Counted from the stretch's first letter, positions 50,955-63,870 are shown. The stretch is DNA of 64,000 bases from Pristiophorus japonicus (GCF_044704955.1 NC_091982.1:166904001-166968000); one strand, 5' to 3'. Translations and numbers: made by a program. The notes: generated by a model from the sequence alone, not told the origin.

Positions 50955-51592
50955 GAGCTGGATTTTCGGTCTTCTGCCGCCCCTGTTAGCGCCCCGGAAG
51001 GGCAGCAGTGGCAGCAGGAATGGTTTCCGGGCGGGCGGCCAACTTGCAGTGTCCCGCCGGGAAATTAGTTGCCGGGTTTTGCGGGGGCACTGAGCAGCAC
51101 CGCCTGGGAACGCCACCGGTTTCAACTGCGCTTCGATTTTGAATTGACGCTAAGGCTCTAGCGCCCCGTAGCGCACCCTAGTGGGAACGTCTGGAAAACC
51201 AGACGGTCAGAGCTGTCCGGTTGGCGGTGAGTTAAGTTAGTAATGAATGAAGTAAGTGTGACTGTTTTGTTTATTTTTATGTGTGCCATTTATCCTAATG
51301 TGGGGCGGGCGAGGTATTGGGAATGTTTTTTGTGTGTTTTGTGCTGATTTTTTTTTTCTTCAAGCAAGCCTTTCTTAGGGCACTCCGAGGCTGGCTCTTT
51401 AGCTCGGGATTTTCAGTTGGTCAGCTGGCCTTGCACCTAAAAGAGGTGTGCAACCCCTCGCTTAGCGCTCCGCTCCACACTCAGGGCCCAGCTGATGAAT
51501 TTTGTGCCTGAGGACGCAAACCATTTCCCGGTGCAAACTTTGCCGCCCGTCTCCATTACCGCCCGAAATGACCAGAACCACAAATACAGCCT
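50955..51592. mobile_element. PIF/Harbinger-like MITE, family of 47616-48210
   Basis: Ends gagctggattttcgg / caaatacagcc; shared interior (gctctttagct.ggga.ttt, aaacttt.ccgccc). Confidence 0.7.
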
Positions 51593-52475
51593 ATAGAAAC
51601 CTAACCATTTCTCAGGATCATCCTGTCTGCTTGACAAGGTTATTTTTTTCCCTCTGTTCTGTTAATAAATATTCCCCCCTCCACAACCCCCTGCAACCTC
51701 TATGTGTCAGACTGGGACCGATGATTACATGTGAAGAAATAATTTGTGATTAAGAATGTTGGGCATGAAATATCAGAGGTGCAAAAGTTCACAATGTTCT
51801 CCCTCTGACACAAATTGTAGGCTACACAGTTTGCCATTTTCGCTAAAATGCAAAGTGGTTAAAGGGAGCTTGGATACGTTGCATTTTTGTTTTGTGTCGA
51901 TAAGTCTCAGAATCTGCCTCTGAATACAGAGAATGCTTCAGTTACATCCTATCTTGTTAAGTGAAGGCAGTGGGATGCGAAAACAACGATTCCCCACTCG
52001 AAGATTTGTTCTAAGGCATGACAATAAATCTGCAGGAGCAGGTTGAAATCACATGCATGCGGCAGGGGCTGGGGATTAGACATCACACGCTGCCTGCACT
52101 TCTAGAAGAGACATCATCTATGTGGGACAGAGTCCATCATCCTCTACTAATCCCAGATTCTGCATTTTCCCAATAGCTCTTATACAGCTGGGTTTTAAAA
52201 ACACAAACTCAAGCACTGTCACAAATCCCTCCAGTTACTGCACGTGGTATATTTTTTTAATGACTCCCTTTTTGGAAAGGTTTCTGGTCAGACGAGGTTC
52301 CATTTCTTCAATTACATTTTTGCTGCAAATCATTTGATCTTTAAGCCAGCATAAAGAGGGAGTCAAAAACAAACATCGAAGTGCTGGATCGGTTATGACC
52401 AGTTTTTCACTGCCTTTTAACCGTTAAGTTAGCATAAATGCTCAAAGAGAACATCACCTTTTAAGGGCCTTCCTT

Positions 52476-53145
52476 AACGTAAGAAATATGAGCAAGAGTA
52501 GGCCACCTGGCCCCTCAAGCCTGCTCCGCCCTTCAATAAGATCATGGCTGATCTGATCTTAGCCTCAACTCTACTTCCTGCCCACTCCCCATAACCCTTG
52601 ACTCCCTTATCATTCAAAAATCTGTTTATCTCCGCCTTAAATATATTCAATGGCCCAGCCTCCACAGCTCTCTGTGGTAGAGAATTCCAAAGATTCACGA
52701 TCCTCATCTCCATTTTAAATGGGTGACCCTTTATTCTGACACGATGCCCCCTAGTTCTAGATTCCCCCACGAGGGGAAACAGCCTGCCTGCATCTAGGCT
52801 ATCAAGCCCCCTCAGAATCTTATACATTTCAATAAGATCACCTCTCATTCTTCTAAACTCCAATGAGTATAGACCCAACCTGCTCAACCTTTCTTAATAA
52901 GACAACCCCGTCATCTCAGCAATCAACTTTGTGAACTTTCTCTGAACTGCCTCCAATGTAAGTATATCCTTCCTTAAATAAGGAGACCAAAACTATATGC
53001 AGTACTCCAGGTGTGGCCTCACCGATACCCTGAACAGTTGTAGCAGGACTTCCCTACTTTTATACTCCAACCCCCTTGCAATAAAGACCAACATTCCATT
53101 TGCCTTCCTAATTACTTGCTGTACCTGCATACTAACATTTTGTGT
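52476..53145 (-). mobile_element. CR1 3' fragment; second fragment at ~53471-53803
   Basis: RLGLYSLEFRRMRGDLIE.YKI..G. Confidence 0.88.
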
Positions 53146-54412
53146 TAAACGTGATCAGGACTGGCAGACAAGTTACCCTCAGGCCCACCCCCTTCTTGCT
53201 CACTATTCTTTTTGTTAGGAATCTCAAGGTGAATCTTTTTAAAACTGGAAGTTACTTTACATTGTTCAAAATGGTAATTTTTGCAGCAACATCAAAAAAA
53301 AAGAATTGCAATTAATCATCCTATTGAAGGAAGAACGTTTCAAGGCATTATTAGCAACTCAGAAGGTGCCAACGTGTCAGTTTCTATATTTGTTTTGCCA
53401 TACAGCAATTTGCATTTATATAATTCCTCTATCGTAGGAAAATCTCCCAAGTCACAATAGCTTTGAGTATATAAGAACATAAGAGTAGGCCATACGGCCC
53501 CTCGAGCCTGCTCCACTATTCAATAAGATCATGGCTGATGTTCAACCTTAACCTTACTTTTCGTCCCTATCCCCATATCCCTTGATTTCCTTGGAGTCCA
53601 AAAATCTATCTACCTCAGTTTTGAAGCTACTCAACAACTGAGCATCCACAACCCTCTGGGGGAGAGAATTCCAAAGATTCATAATCCTCTGAATGAAGAA
53701 ATCTCTCCTCATCACAGTCTTAAAAGGCCAACCCCTTATCCTGAGTCAACGTCCCCTAGTTCTGGACTCTCCAGCCAGGGGATGCAGTCTCTCAGCAACT
53801 ACCATGTTAGTCATTCTGTTGCGTGAGGAAGGATACATAAACGCAAGTTGTTATTGGAAGAGACGTCCACACATGTCCACTTTCCAGTCCAAGTCACTGG
53901 ATTATTTTCCCAGGCGATCTGCTACCAAATCCCACACCTCGCAATGCCATTCCTAACTCAACACAGAACAGAAATCAAATCGGGCACTCCCTGGTCTGTA
54001 TGACGCAGTTACATGCCCGCCTTTGCCATCTGGAAGGCTGAACCCCAATGCTGCTAGAGTCAGCACTTCCAGCATTCAGATTATTAACACTTTGCCAGCA
54101 GGTGCCTCCTGACCTGGCCAGTTATACAGATCATAAACCTCAGTAGTAGAAGGAAGATTTTGCTGGGAATGCCATATTTAGGACCTGTTTTTAAAAAGCA
54201 ACAGTAGAATATTGCACTGTGCAGCAACACTAATCAGTTCAAGGAACTCTTAGGTACAAAGGTGCATAGCAAGTGACCATTGCTGCTGGAGGACCCACCT
54301 TGAGACCTTAAAAGAAACAACAATTCCATCTGTTCAGGGTGGATTGGCCCCACTGTTTTATTCCTTCATGCCAAGACTCCCTGCCCAACATAATAGAAGC
54401 AAAGGTACTTAC

Positions 54413-55073
54413 GTTGGCAGGTATCTCTCTTCTCCTCATATCCTGGTTTGCAGACACATCGTCCAATAGGCACCAACCATCCCCCATCGGCACTACAGTG
54501 CATTTTAGGCACATCATATTCCTCAGAATTATTCACACAGGAGCCACGGACCTCGACCAGGGAGGAGTCTCCTTCAGTCACTCTGTCTGGAAACTCTGCC
54601 AGGTTACGAACTGTTAATGGGCACTTCTTGTAGTAGACCCTCACTGATACCAAAGCGATACAGGCGCCCACATCCTGAAAGGCCAGGTAAAAGCCTTTCT
54701 TTGTCAGGGATCCAATGTCCCGTACCTCGGTGTTTAATTTCATCACCCTGTCACCTACATCCACCTGGGTGAAGCTCTCATCAGCAGCAATCGTGTCGAT
54801 CTTTATGTATTGACTTTCTTTAATGTACCACAAGTTGTTGTTGTTGGACTCATAATAGTAGATGTTAAAGGTCTCCTTGCATGTTCCTGGCACACCCGGC
54901 AGGCTGTTGCAGTCTCTGAGAGTAAATTTAATCTCAATATAGATCCGATGGGCGCCATCACGGGGAATCCAACTAGTCCGCAGCCAGTTGTTCTGATAGG
55001 CTTCCATGACATTACAGACCTGGTATGTTCGCATCGGAGTGTTCCTCTCATCCATAACGCTGATTTCTTCCCA
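54413..55073 (-). CDS. epha4l: Internal coding exon (large 'exon 3') of an EphA4-like ephrin type-A receptor tyrosine kinase; ligand-binding domain plus sushi/Cys-rich region
   Basis: Translates [33 protein letters not shown]...[20 protein letters not shown]...[11 protein letters not shown]...[26 protein letters not shown]...[16 protein letters not shown]...CQ, typical EphA motifs. Minus-strand acceptor tctatttcttgattacag|TGG, donor CAAC|gtaagt. 661 bp, phase 0 to 1. The EphA call is firm; the paralog (epha4l/ek1 versus EPHA4) rests on remembered diagnostic residues. Confidence 0.93.
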
Positions 55074-55799
55074 CTGTAATCAAGAAATAGAGCAACAGTA
55101 AGAGCCGATAGTAGCTACAAACGCCAAATAATTATGTAGGGCTTCCGCTATCTTTCACAACACGGTGAGGAATGAGTGATTCTGACAACAGCAGACATGT
55201 TTTTGTACATTATAGGAAGTCTGTGTGCTGGATGCAGGCTCGATCCCATATCGGCTCATAAGGTATTTCTATATTATATCTTTACTCATGAAATTTAATG
55301 CAGGTTAAGTATGGCAAGTTAATGTGATTTCTGGCAAGATTTTTTTTGCTCTTTGTGGGGCGGAGTGGGGAATTTTAGGAGATTAAGTGCACAATGCTGT
55401 CTGAAGTTACTACATGTTACATTGGAATAGAAATGATCTCCTGGTTCTGATATTTGGATGCCCCCATGGCGTTTGAATAGAGGCTAACCAAATTATGGAT
55501 GTTTTGAAGGGCAATGGTGACTATTTATAGGCAGATCTCAAGGAATGTGACTGTACAGCTGTAATGGTTGGCCTAGATTTTCTGCTGGAGTTATGCTGGA
55601 CATAGAATACATCTCCTCTAGTATGAGCACACATATTCCAATTGCATGCAAATGAAGAGAATACATCATTCAACATGTTTCCTATCATTTGCGCCCTAGC
55701 AATGCAAATACATCCCAGTGCAACTATAAGGCCTTCTAGACCAGGAATAACATGTGGAACATCATATTTTATGTTTCATAAAGTTGGAAAAATGATCTT

Positions 55800-57182
55800 T
55801 GGAACAGTACATTGTGTAGCCCAGCAGCTGAGTGCAAGAGACAAGGCTGAAGTGTTTTCAGGCATCTGCAGCCAAAAGTATCAAGTGGACAATCCTAATC
55901 GACTTCCTCTCAAAGTCTCCACCATCTAACCAAGATAATTACCATTCCATCTTTCCAATCATAAGTAAAATGATAGGAGTCTTCAATAGCGCTATCCAAT
56001 GGCACCTACTCACCAATACCCTGCTCAGCGCTCAGTTGGGGTTCCACCAGAAACACTTGGCCCCGGATCTCTTCACCAACTTTAGATCCGGACATGGACA
56101 GTAGGGTTGCTAGAGGAGAGTTAAGATTAGCTGCCTTGAACATAGAGGCAGTGTTTGGCCAAGCAAGGAGCCCTAGCAAAACTGAGGTCAATGAGGGTCA
56201 AATGGAAAATTCTTCAGAGGTTGGAGTTATATCTGTCACAAAGGAAGATGATCATGGTTGTTGGATGCCAATCACTGCAGTCCCAGGCTATTATTGCAGG
56301 AGTTCCTCAAAGCCCAACCACCTTCAGCTGCTTCATCAATGACCTTCCCTCCATCAGAAGGTCAGGAGTGGATGGCTGTTCACTGATGATTCCACAGTGT
56401 TCAGCTCCATTCACAGCTCTTCTACTAAGGGTGCAGACCATGCCAGCCTACAGCAGGACTTCATAAAATCTAGGCTTGGGTTCATAAGTAACAGGTAATA
56501 TTCGTGCCATGCAAGTGCCAGGTAATTATCAACATTTGGGGGTCACCATTGACCAGAACCTTAACTGAATCAGTTATATCAATACTGTGGCTATAAGAAC
56601 AGGGCAGAAGCTGGGTGCTCTGCAATGAGTGGTTCAACTCCTGACCTCTCATAGCCTCTTCACCAACTAAAAGATTCAAGGCAGGAGTCTGATGGAGTAC
56701 TGGTCACTCACCTGGATGGGTGCAGTCTCAACAACATTCAAGAAACTTGACACCATCCAGGACAAAGCAATATTCTTGAATAGCGCCCCTACCTCTGACC
56801 TCAGTATCCACCCCGCACCATCAACACACTGTAGCACCAGTATGTAAATCTACAGAACGCACTGCAGCAACTCACCAAACTTGCTTCAACACACTTCTCA
56901 GCTCCCAAAACTTCTATCACAACAAAGGGCAAGAGTAGCACTATTACGGGAACACCATCATCTCCAAGTTGCAATCATCCTGATTTGAACATATATCAAA
57001 ATTCCCTCATAGTTGCTGTGTCAAAATCCTGGAACACCCTACCTAACACCATCATGGGGATACCATCACCATGAGGAAGGCAGTGTTCAAGAAGAAAGCC
57101 CACCGTCACCTGCTCAGGTAAATGAGGGATCAGGTAAATGCAGTCTTTCCAGCATTGCCCACCTTCCACGAACATTTTTTTA
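55800..57182 (+). mobile_element. Decayed copy of the CR1/Jockey-group LINE family at 2639-4938
   Basis: QGALAKLRSM..., AGVPQ..TFSCFINDLPSI and a matching 3' tail. Confidence 0.82.
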
Positions 57183-57933
57183 AAGTTGTAAATAAGAATA
57201 ATTAGGTAACCGAAAGCTTAAGTTAAAAACAATACGTATCATGTACCCAATACTTAATATTCTGCATTCAGCTGGGCAAAACAGATATTTTGTATTTTAA
57301 GATCCCCTTTTAGATACCTCATTAAACTCATTCCTAACTACTAGCAAACAAGAATTTCCAAGGACTCAAACTCACAAAGTCACTGGGAGGTCGAAGTTCA
57401 ACTACTTCCTAATCGAGTCAGTTTTTAACATGGCGCTTGCTTTGTCGCTTCAAACTGTTTCACGGAAAGCTCATGTTTTTCCCTAACCTGTCATATTTTT
57501 CCAAAGTTCATGATGAGTGTTTCAAGTTTAGGGGTCTTCCCTGAGATTGTCCCTCAGGTACAGTGATGCGAGTCACTCCCATAAATGGTCTCAATGTCTT
57601 ACATTTAATGTGTGTGCCTGCACTGGCCAATATTCAACTATACACTGCATAACCCAGGGGTTTAACAATAGATCTGAACTGGATAGCCATAGCTTTCGTA
57701 TGTTGGCTCCTTCAATCGCTGTGAAGGTGGAGCAAGGACACACTTGGTAAGAAGTGGTAAGGTACTGATCACTAAGCTGGTTTACTTCACCAGGAGTGTA
57801 CATAAAGAGCAACAGTCATCATCCGACAGTTCTATCCGTATAAGTTGAATTCATGTAATATTACAAAATAATGAACATGCCATGCCTTCCTACATTGGTG
57901 GATCACCTGACTTCAAACAAAGTAACTCCTAAC

Positions 57934-58099
57934 CAATGTTCCCTCTATTTTTCTTCGTGCCGCGCGCGGTCCCTTTAACTGGCTGCGTGCCCAATTCAAA
58001 TTTGCGCACATGTGCGGTTTCTTCCATGTAAAAGCCGGTAAGCGGCCTACATGAGACTACCAAGCCACTGCGCGGCCGCACAGCTTAGCGGGAACGTTG
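57934..58099. mobile_element. hAT-superfamily MITE (166 bp)
   Basis: TIRs caatgttccctcta / tagcgggaacgttg; perfect 8-bp TSD CTCCTAAC at 57926-57933 and 58100-58107. Confidence 0.93.
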
Positions 58100-58887
58100 C
58101 TCCTAACTATTTTCCTCCATTCCAACCTTCTTGCAGTCTTTACCCAACCAGACTCACTGTCTCTGTCTCTATTATATTGAATCCCTCTCTGTCCACATTC
58201 AGAAAGTAGGAGAGACTTCCCAACACAGTGAGGTGTTTATTGATTGCTGGAACAAGCTAACAAATTGCTTCTTATTTACAGTCTATGGGGAAACGACATC
58301 AACGCTAGATCATTAGCATTTTAACACTTTATTTTCTCAGTGAATTTTTTTAACTGATGTGATTATACGAAAAGATCCTGAATTGTGACAATGAATATTC
58401 CATACCAGTAGGTTTACTTTCATTAGTATTACCAGACTGGCCAATGTAGACCATATCAAGATATTTTTTTTTAAATACATCAGTAGTCTTTGAATTCCCA
58501 TGAAAAGTTCAGTAAATTCTCGACAGCTAACATTTTCAGCACTGAATCCTCGAACTTAGTGTTCTCTTTATTTGAAATTGACCAACAAATCATTTTATAG
58601 CATAAGGATTATGTAACCTCCTCTGGATTCGAACAGAAGTTTTGTTTGTTTGGCTCACTGCATGTTCTAGCATGTTTATCGGCGTTAACACGATATTTCT
58701 TCCCAATTGCAGTGCACCTTCTGTTCTCCAATAGTAAATGTAACTGAGAGGCCGTCAGCAAGGAAATAGGACAATGGTGTGAAAATAATAATGCTGCTGA
58801 AAGTATGGTCAATACTTGAGCATAAATGCGATAGTTGGTGGGAGGACCGGTTCCTTGTATCTAGATTGCCCCATTGAAATCTCATGG

Positions 58888-59120
58888 GTATGGTAGTGTA
58901 GTGGTTATGTTGCATGATTAGTAATCCAAAAACCAACACTACTAATCCAGTTGGAATGTGAGTTCAAATCTCACTGTAGCAGTTTGAATAAAAAAGCTGG
59001 TATTAGTAAAATTAACTGTGAAGCTGACAATTGGTTGCAAAAACCCAAATGGTTCACTAATTGTCCTTCCAGGAAGGAAAGCTGCTGTCCTTACCTGGTC
59101 TGACCTATATGTAACTTCAG
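58888..59120 (+). mobile_element. tRNA-derived SINE fragment
   Basis: A-box-like tagtgtagtgg and B-box-like gagttcaaatct followed by a SINE-like body. Confidence 0.55.
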
Positions 59121-59198
59121 TACCACGAGAAAAATTGAAAAGTGTTGCAGTACAGAGAGACCTAGGCGTCCTTGTGCATGAAACACAAAAAGTTAGTA

Positions 59199-61484
59199 CA
59201 GATTGCACGTCCGAAATCCGGAAACCTCGGGAAAAAGGCCGTTCCGGATTCCACGTATTTCCGAATTTTCGAACGTCTTTGCCTGGGCCGAGGTAGGTGG
59301 GGTCGGGCAGCCGTGGTAAGGGGGTGAGGTCGGCCTGCCGAGGTGGGGGGGAGCTAGGGCCGGGATGAGGTTGGGCCACCAAGGGTCGGGACGAGGTAGG
59401 GCCGGAGCGTGGTCGGGCCACTGAGGACTGGGGCGAGGTTAGGCCGCCGAGGGCCGGAGCAAGGGAGGGCCGGGACGAGGTCAGGCCTCTGAGGGCCGGG
59501 ACGAGGTCGGGCCTCTGAGGACCGGGGCGAGGTCAGGCCGCCGAGGGCCAGGGTGAGGTAGGGCCACCAAGGGCCGGGACGAGGTCGGGCTGCCGAGGGC
59601 CGGAGCGAGGTCGGGCTGCCGAGGACCGGGGCGAGGTCAGGCCTCTGAGGGCCGGGGCGAAGTCGGGCCAGAGCGTGGTCGGGCCACCGAGGACTGGGGC
59701 GAGGTTAGGCTGCCGAGGGCCAGGGTGAGGTCGGGCTGCCGAGGGCTGGAGCAAGGGAGGGCCTGGACGAGGTCAGGCCTCTGAGGGCCGGGGCGAGGTC
59801 GGGCCGGGGCGAGGTCAGGCCTCTGCGGGCCGGGACGAGGTCGGGCCGGGGCAAGGTAGGGCCGGAGCGAGGTCGGGCCGGGGCGAGGTAGGGCCGGAGC
59901 GTGGTCGGGCCGCCGAGAGCCGGGGCGAGGTCAAGCCTCTGAGGGCCGGGGCGAAGTCGGGCCGCCGTGGGCCGGGGCAAGGTCGGGCCGCCGAGGGCCG
60001 GGGCGAGGTCGGGCCGCCGAGGGCCGGGGCGAGGTCGGGCCGCCGAGGGCCGGGGCGAGGTCGGGCCGCCGAGGGCCGGAGCGGGGTCGGGCCGCCGAGG
60101 GCCGGGGCGAGGTCGGGCCGCCGAGGGCCGGGTCGAGGTCGGGCCGGAGCGAGGTCGGGCTGCCGAGGGCTGGAGCGAGGTCGGGCCGGAGCGAGGTCGG
60201 GCCGCCGAGGGCTGGAGCGAGGTCAGGTCGCCGAGGCGAGGTCGGGCCGGAGCGAGGTCGAGCTGCCGAGGGCCGGGGTGAGGTTGGGCCAGAGCGAGGT
60301 CGGGCTGCCGAGGGCCGGGGTGAGGTTGGGCCGGAGCGAAGTCGGGTCGCCGAGGGCCGGGGTGAGGTTGGGCCGGAGCGAGGTCGGGTCGCCGAGGGCC
60401 GGGGTGAGGTCGGGCCGGAGCGAGGTCGGGTCGCCGAGGGCCGGGGTGAGGTCGGGCCGAGCGGTCGGCCGAGGGCCGGGGTGAGGTCGGGCCGGAGCGA
60501 GGTCGGGCCGGAAGGGCTGGGAGCGAGGTCGGGCCGGAGCGAGGTCGAGCTGCCGAGGGCCGGGGTGAGGTTGGGCCAGAGCGAGGTCGGGCTGCCGAGG
60601 GCCGGAGCGAGGTCGGGTCGCCGAGGCGAGGTCGGGCCGGAGCGAGGTCGGGCCGCCGAGGGCCGGAGCGAGGTCGGGTCGCCGAGGCGAGGTCGGGCCG
60701 GAGCGAGGTCGGGCCGCCGAGGGCCGGAGCGAGGTCGGGCCGCCGAGGGCTGGAGCGAGGTCGGGTCGCCGAGGTGAGGTCGGGCCGGAGCGAGGTCGAG
60801 CTGCCGAGGGCCGGGGTGAGGTTGGGCCAGAGCGAGGTCGGGCTGCCGAGGGCCGGAGCGAGGTCGGGTCGCCGAGGCGAGGTCGGGCCGGAGCGAGGTC
60901 GGGCCGCCGAGGGCCGGAGCGAGGTCGGGTCGCCGAGGCGAGGTCGGGCCGGAGCGAGGTCGAGCTGCCGAGGGCCGGGGTGAGGTTGGGCCAGAGCGAG
61001 GTCGGGCTGCCGAGGGCCGGGGTGAGGTCGGGCCGGAGCGAGGTCGGGCTGCCGAGGGCCGGGGTGAGGTTGGGCCGGAGCGAGGTCGGGTCGCCGAGGG
61101 CCGGGGTGAGGTCGGGCCGGAGCGAGGTCGGGCTGCCGAGGGCCGGGGTGAGGTTGGGCCGGAGCGAGGTCGGGTCGCCGAGGGCCGGAGCGAGGTCAGG
61201 CCGCCGAGGGCCGGGTCGAGGTCGGGCCGGAGCGAGGTCAGGCCGCCGAGGGCCGGGTCGAGGTCGGGCCGGAGCGAGGTCAGGCCGCCGAGGGCCGGGT
61301 CGAGGTCGGGCCGGAGCGAGGTCAGGCCGCTGAAAGCGAGGGCGAAGTCGGATCGTCGAGGCGGGGGGAGTCCAGATTTCAGAACTTATTTCGGTTTCCG
61401 GACAACCCTGCCATGGATCAGCCCGGTGTCCGGATTCCAGAACATTCCAAATTTTGGAACTCCGGATTTCGGACGCTCAAACTT
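59199..61484. mobile_element. Tc1/mariner-type (pogo/Tigger-like) MITE
   Basis: 23-bp TIRs cagattgcacgtccgaaatccgg / ccggatttcggacgctcaaactt; TA TSD at 59197-59198 and 61485-61486. Confidence 0.88.
59284..61345. repeat. GC/CpG-rich compound minisatellite inside the MITE
   Basis: Built from a 16-mer gggccgg(a/g)g(c/t)gaggtc and a 10-mer gggccgccga, giving 26-bp and 42-bp periods. Confidence 0.95.
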
Positions 61485-62157
61485 TATGCAGGTACAGCAA
61501 GTAATCAGGAAGTCAAATAGAATGTTGGCCTTTATTGCAAGGGGGATGGAGTATAAAAGCAGAGAAGTCCTGCTACACTGTACAGTGTATTGGTGAGGCC
61601 ACACCTGGAGCACTGCGTGCAGTTTTGGTCTCCGTATTTAAGGAGGGATATACTTGCATTGGACGCAATTTAGAGAAGGTTCACTAGGTTGATTCCTGAG
61701 ATGAAGGGGATGACTTATGAAGAAAGGTTGAGATGATTGGGCCTGTACTCACTGGAGTTCAGAAGAATGAGAGGTGATCTTATTGAGACATATAAGATAA
61801 TGAAGGGGCTCAACAAGGTAGATGCAGAGAGGATATTTCCACTCATAAGGAAATCTAGAACTCGGGGTCGCCCATTTAAAACTGAGATGAGGAGGAATTT
61901 CTTCTCTCAGAGGCTTGTAAATCTGTGGAATTCTCTGCCGCAGAGAGCTGTGGAAGCTGGGTCATTGAATATATTTAAGGCAGAGATAGACATATTTTTG
62001 AACGATAAGTGAGTCAAAGGTTATGGGGACCAGGCAGGGAAATGGAGCTGAGCCCATGATCACATCAGCCATGATCTTATTGTATGGCAGAGCAGGCTTG
62101 AGGGGCCAAATGACCTACTCCTGCTCCTATTTCTTATGTTTTTATGTTCTTATAATG

Positions 62158-62655
62158 AAACTGTCCAAGAAGCCCATATGCAGGAAGACCTGGACAACAT
62201 TCAGGCTTGGGCTGATAAGTGGCAATTAACATTCGCGCCACACAAGTGCCAGGTATTGTCTATCTCCAAAAAGCGAGAGTCTAACCACCTCCCCTTGATA
62301 TTCAGCAGCATTACCATCGCTGAATCCCCCACCATCCTGGGGGTCACCATTGGCCAGAAACTTAACTGAACCACGTAAGTACTGTGGCAACAAGAGCATG
62401 ACAGAGGCTAGGTATTCTGTGATTAGTGTCTCACCTCCTGACTCCCCAAAGCCTTTCCACCATCTACAAGACACAAGTCAGGAGTGTGATGGAATACTCT
62501 CCACTTGCCTGGATGAGTGCAACTCCAACAACAATCAAGAAACTCGACACCATCCAGGACAAAGCAGCCCGCCTGATTGACACCCCATCCACCACCTTAA
62601 ACATTCACTCCCTCCTACACCGGCGTACTGTGGCTGTAGTGTGTACCATCTACAA
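62158..62655 (+). mobile_element. Fragment of the CR1/Jockey-group LINE family at 2639-4938
   Basis: MQEDLDNIQAWADKWQLTFAPHKCQ; QVRSVMEYSPLAW. Confidence 0.88.
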
Positions 62656-63547
62656 TTTTGTGGATAGAAATTATTTTCTTTGCAAATTTTTAATTGATTC
62701 TTTCCTTTGCTGAGACTCTCAATTGTATTTTGTTTTATGCTCAATCCAGCTGGCTAACAGGTTCCTCTGGAGGGTTAGAAGCGTTAAATTAATCTATTGA
62801 GACCCTTAAACTGAACGGCTGAAAGTTTCAAAGAAACAGTAGAGTTTACAATGTTTCTTTCCAGAAAAAATGTTTAAAATGGCATTGAGACTGTACAGTA
62901 ACCAGCCATTTTATCCAGCCCCAGTAGTGTGACCTTGAAGCAGAATAACATTAAGTACCAATTCAGTGTGGACTGTTCACTCTCACGGCTCAAAACTGGC
63001 AGCAATTTATTAGCTAGTGAAATGTGGGCCGGGTTGACCGAAACTTCCTGTCAAATTGCTTTCGGCTATTTTGGGAAAACAGACGATTAACATGTTTTAC
63101 TCGAGAGAGAGAGAGAGATCTTGACTAGCGAGAATTGTGCTTGGTCAGTAAAGGCTGAGGTTTATGACCGATGCTTAATATATATTTATTCCAAGAGCGA
63201 TTCACATTTTCAAGGTTCTTTATTTTTAATAAAGCAAATAATGGCTGTCAAGAAACTTGAAGTTGAGATCTGGACAATGAACAGTTCAGAGTGTCCACTA
63301 TACGAGCAAACAGAGAGAACGGACAACAGCTAACCAGCAGCTTCAAAACAGCTGATATATCAACAAAAAGCTGGCAACACAAGCATGGCCCTGATTATAA
63401 CCTGTGACACGTGAAAACAAAGTTGCTCAAACGGCAGGTGTACCCAACACCTTTACTTGGGGAGAATAACACATACATGGAAACTTGAAGAGCTGAAGAA
63501 ATACAAATCGTGAAGGGACAACATTGCTGGTGCATTTCTTGACAGAG

Positions 63548-63870
63548 TGGGCAGAGGAAACGATTCAAGGACACCCTCAAAGCCTCCTCGAAAAAGTGCA
63601 ACATCCCCACTGACACCTGGGAATCCCTGGCCCAAGACCGCTCAAAGTGGAGGAGAGGCATCCAGGAAGGTGCCAAAGACCGCGCGTCTTTTCGCCGGGA
63701 GCCGCGGAAGCAAAGCGCAAACAGCGGAAGGAGCGCATGACAACCCAAGCACCCCACCCACCCGTCCCCTCAACCACCGTGTGCCCCACCTGTGACAGAG
63801 ACTGTAGGTCCAGCATTGGAACTCATATAAGTATGGAAGCAAGTTATCCTCGACTCCGAGGGCCTGCCTA
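63548..63870 (+). mobile_element. RTE-clade LINE 3' fragment
   Basis: Aligns with 22575-22905 (aaggacaccctcaaagcctcc...cccacctgtgacagagactg). Confidence 0.85.

Larger units (their letters stand above)
59138..62152 (+). mobile_element. CR1 3' fragment split by a MITE (59138-59198 and 61485-62152)
   Basis: VQRDLGVLVHETQKVS|MQVQQ rejoins across the insertion; GLYSLEFRRMRGDLIETYKI. Confidence 0.9.

Noticed and set aside
54366-55055. Stand-alone 229-aa gene as given in the ORF track
   Set aside because: There is no signal peptide, homology starts upstream of the Met at a splice acceptor and ends at a splice donor, so it is an internal exon
59533-61333. Arg/Gly/Pro-rich repetitive ORFs
   Set aside because: Translations of a GC-rich minisatellite that lacks stop codons
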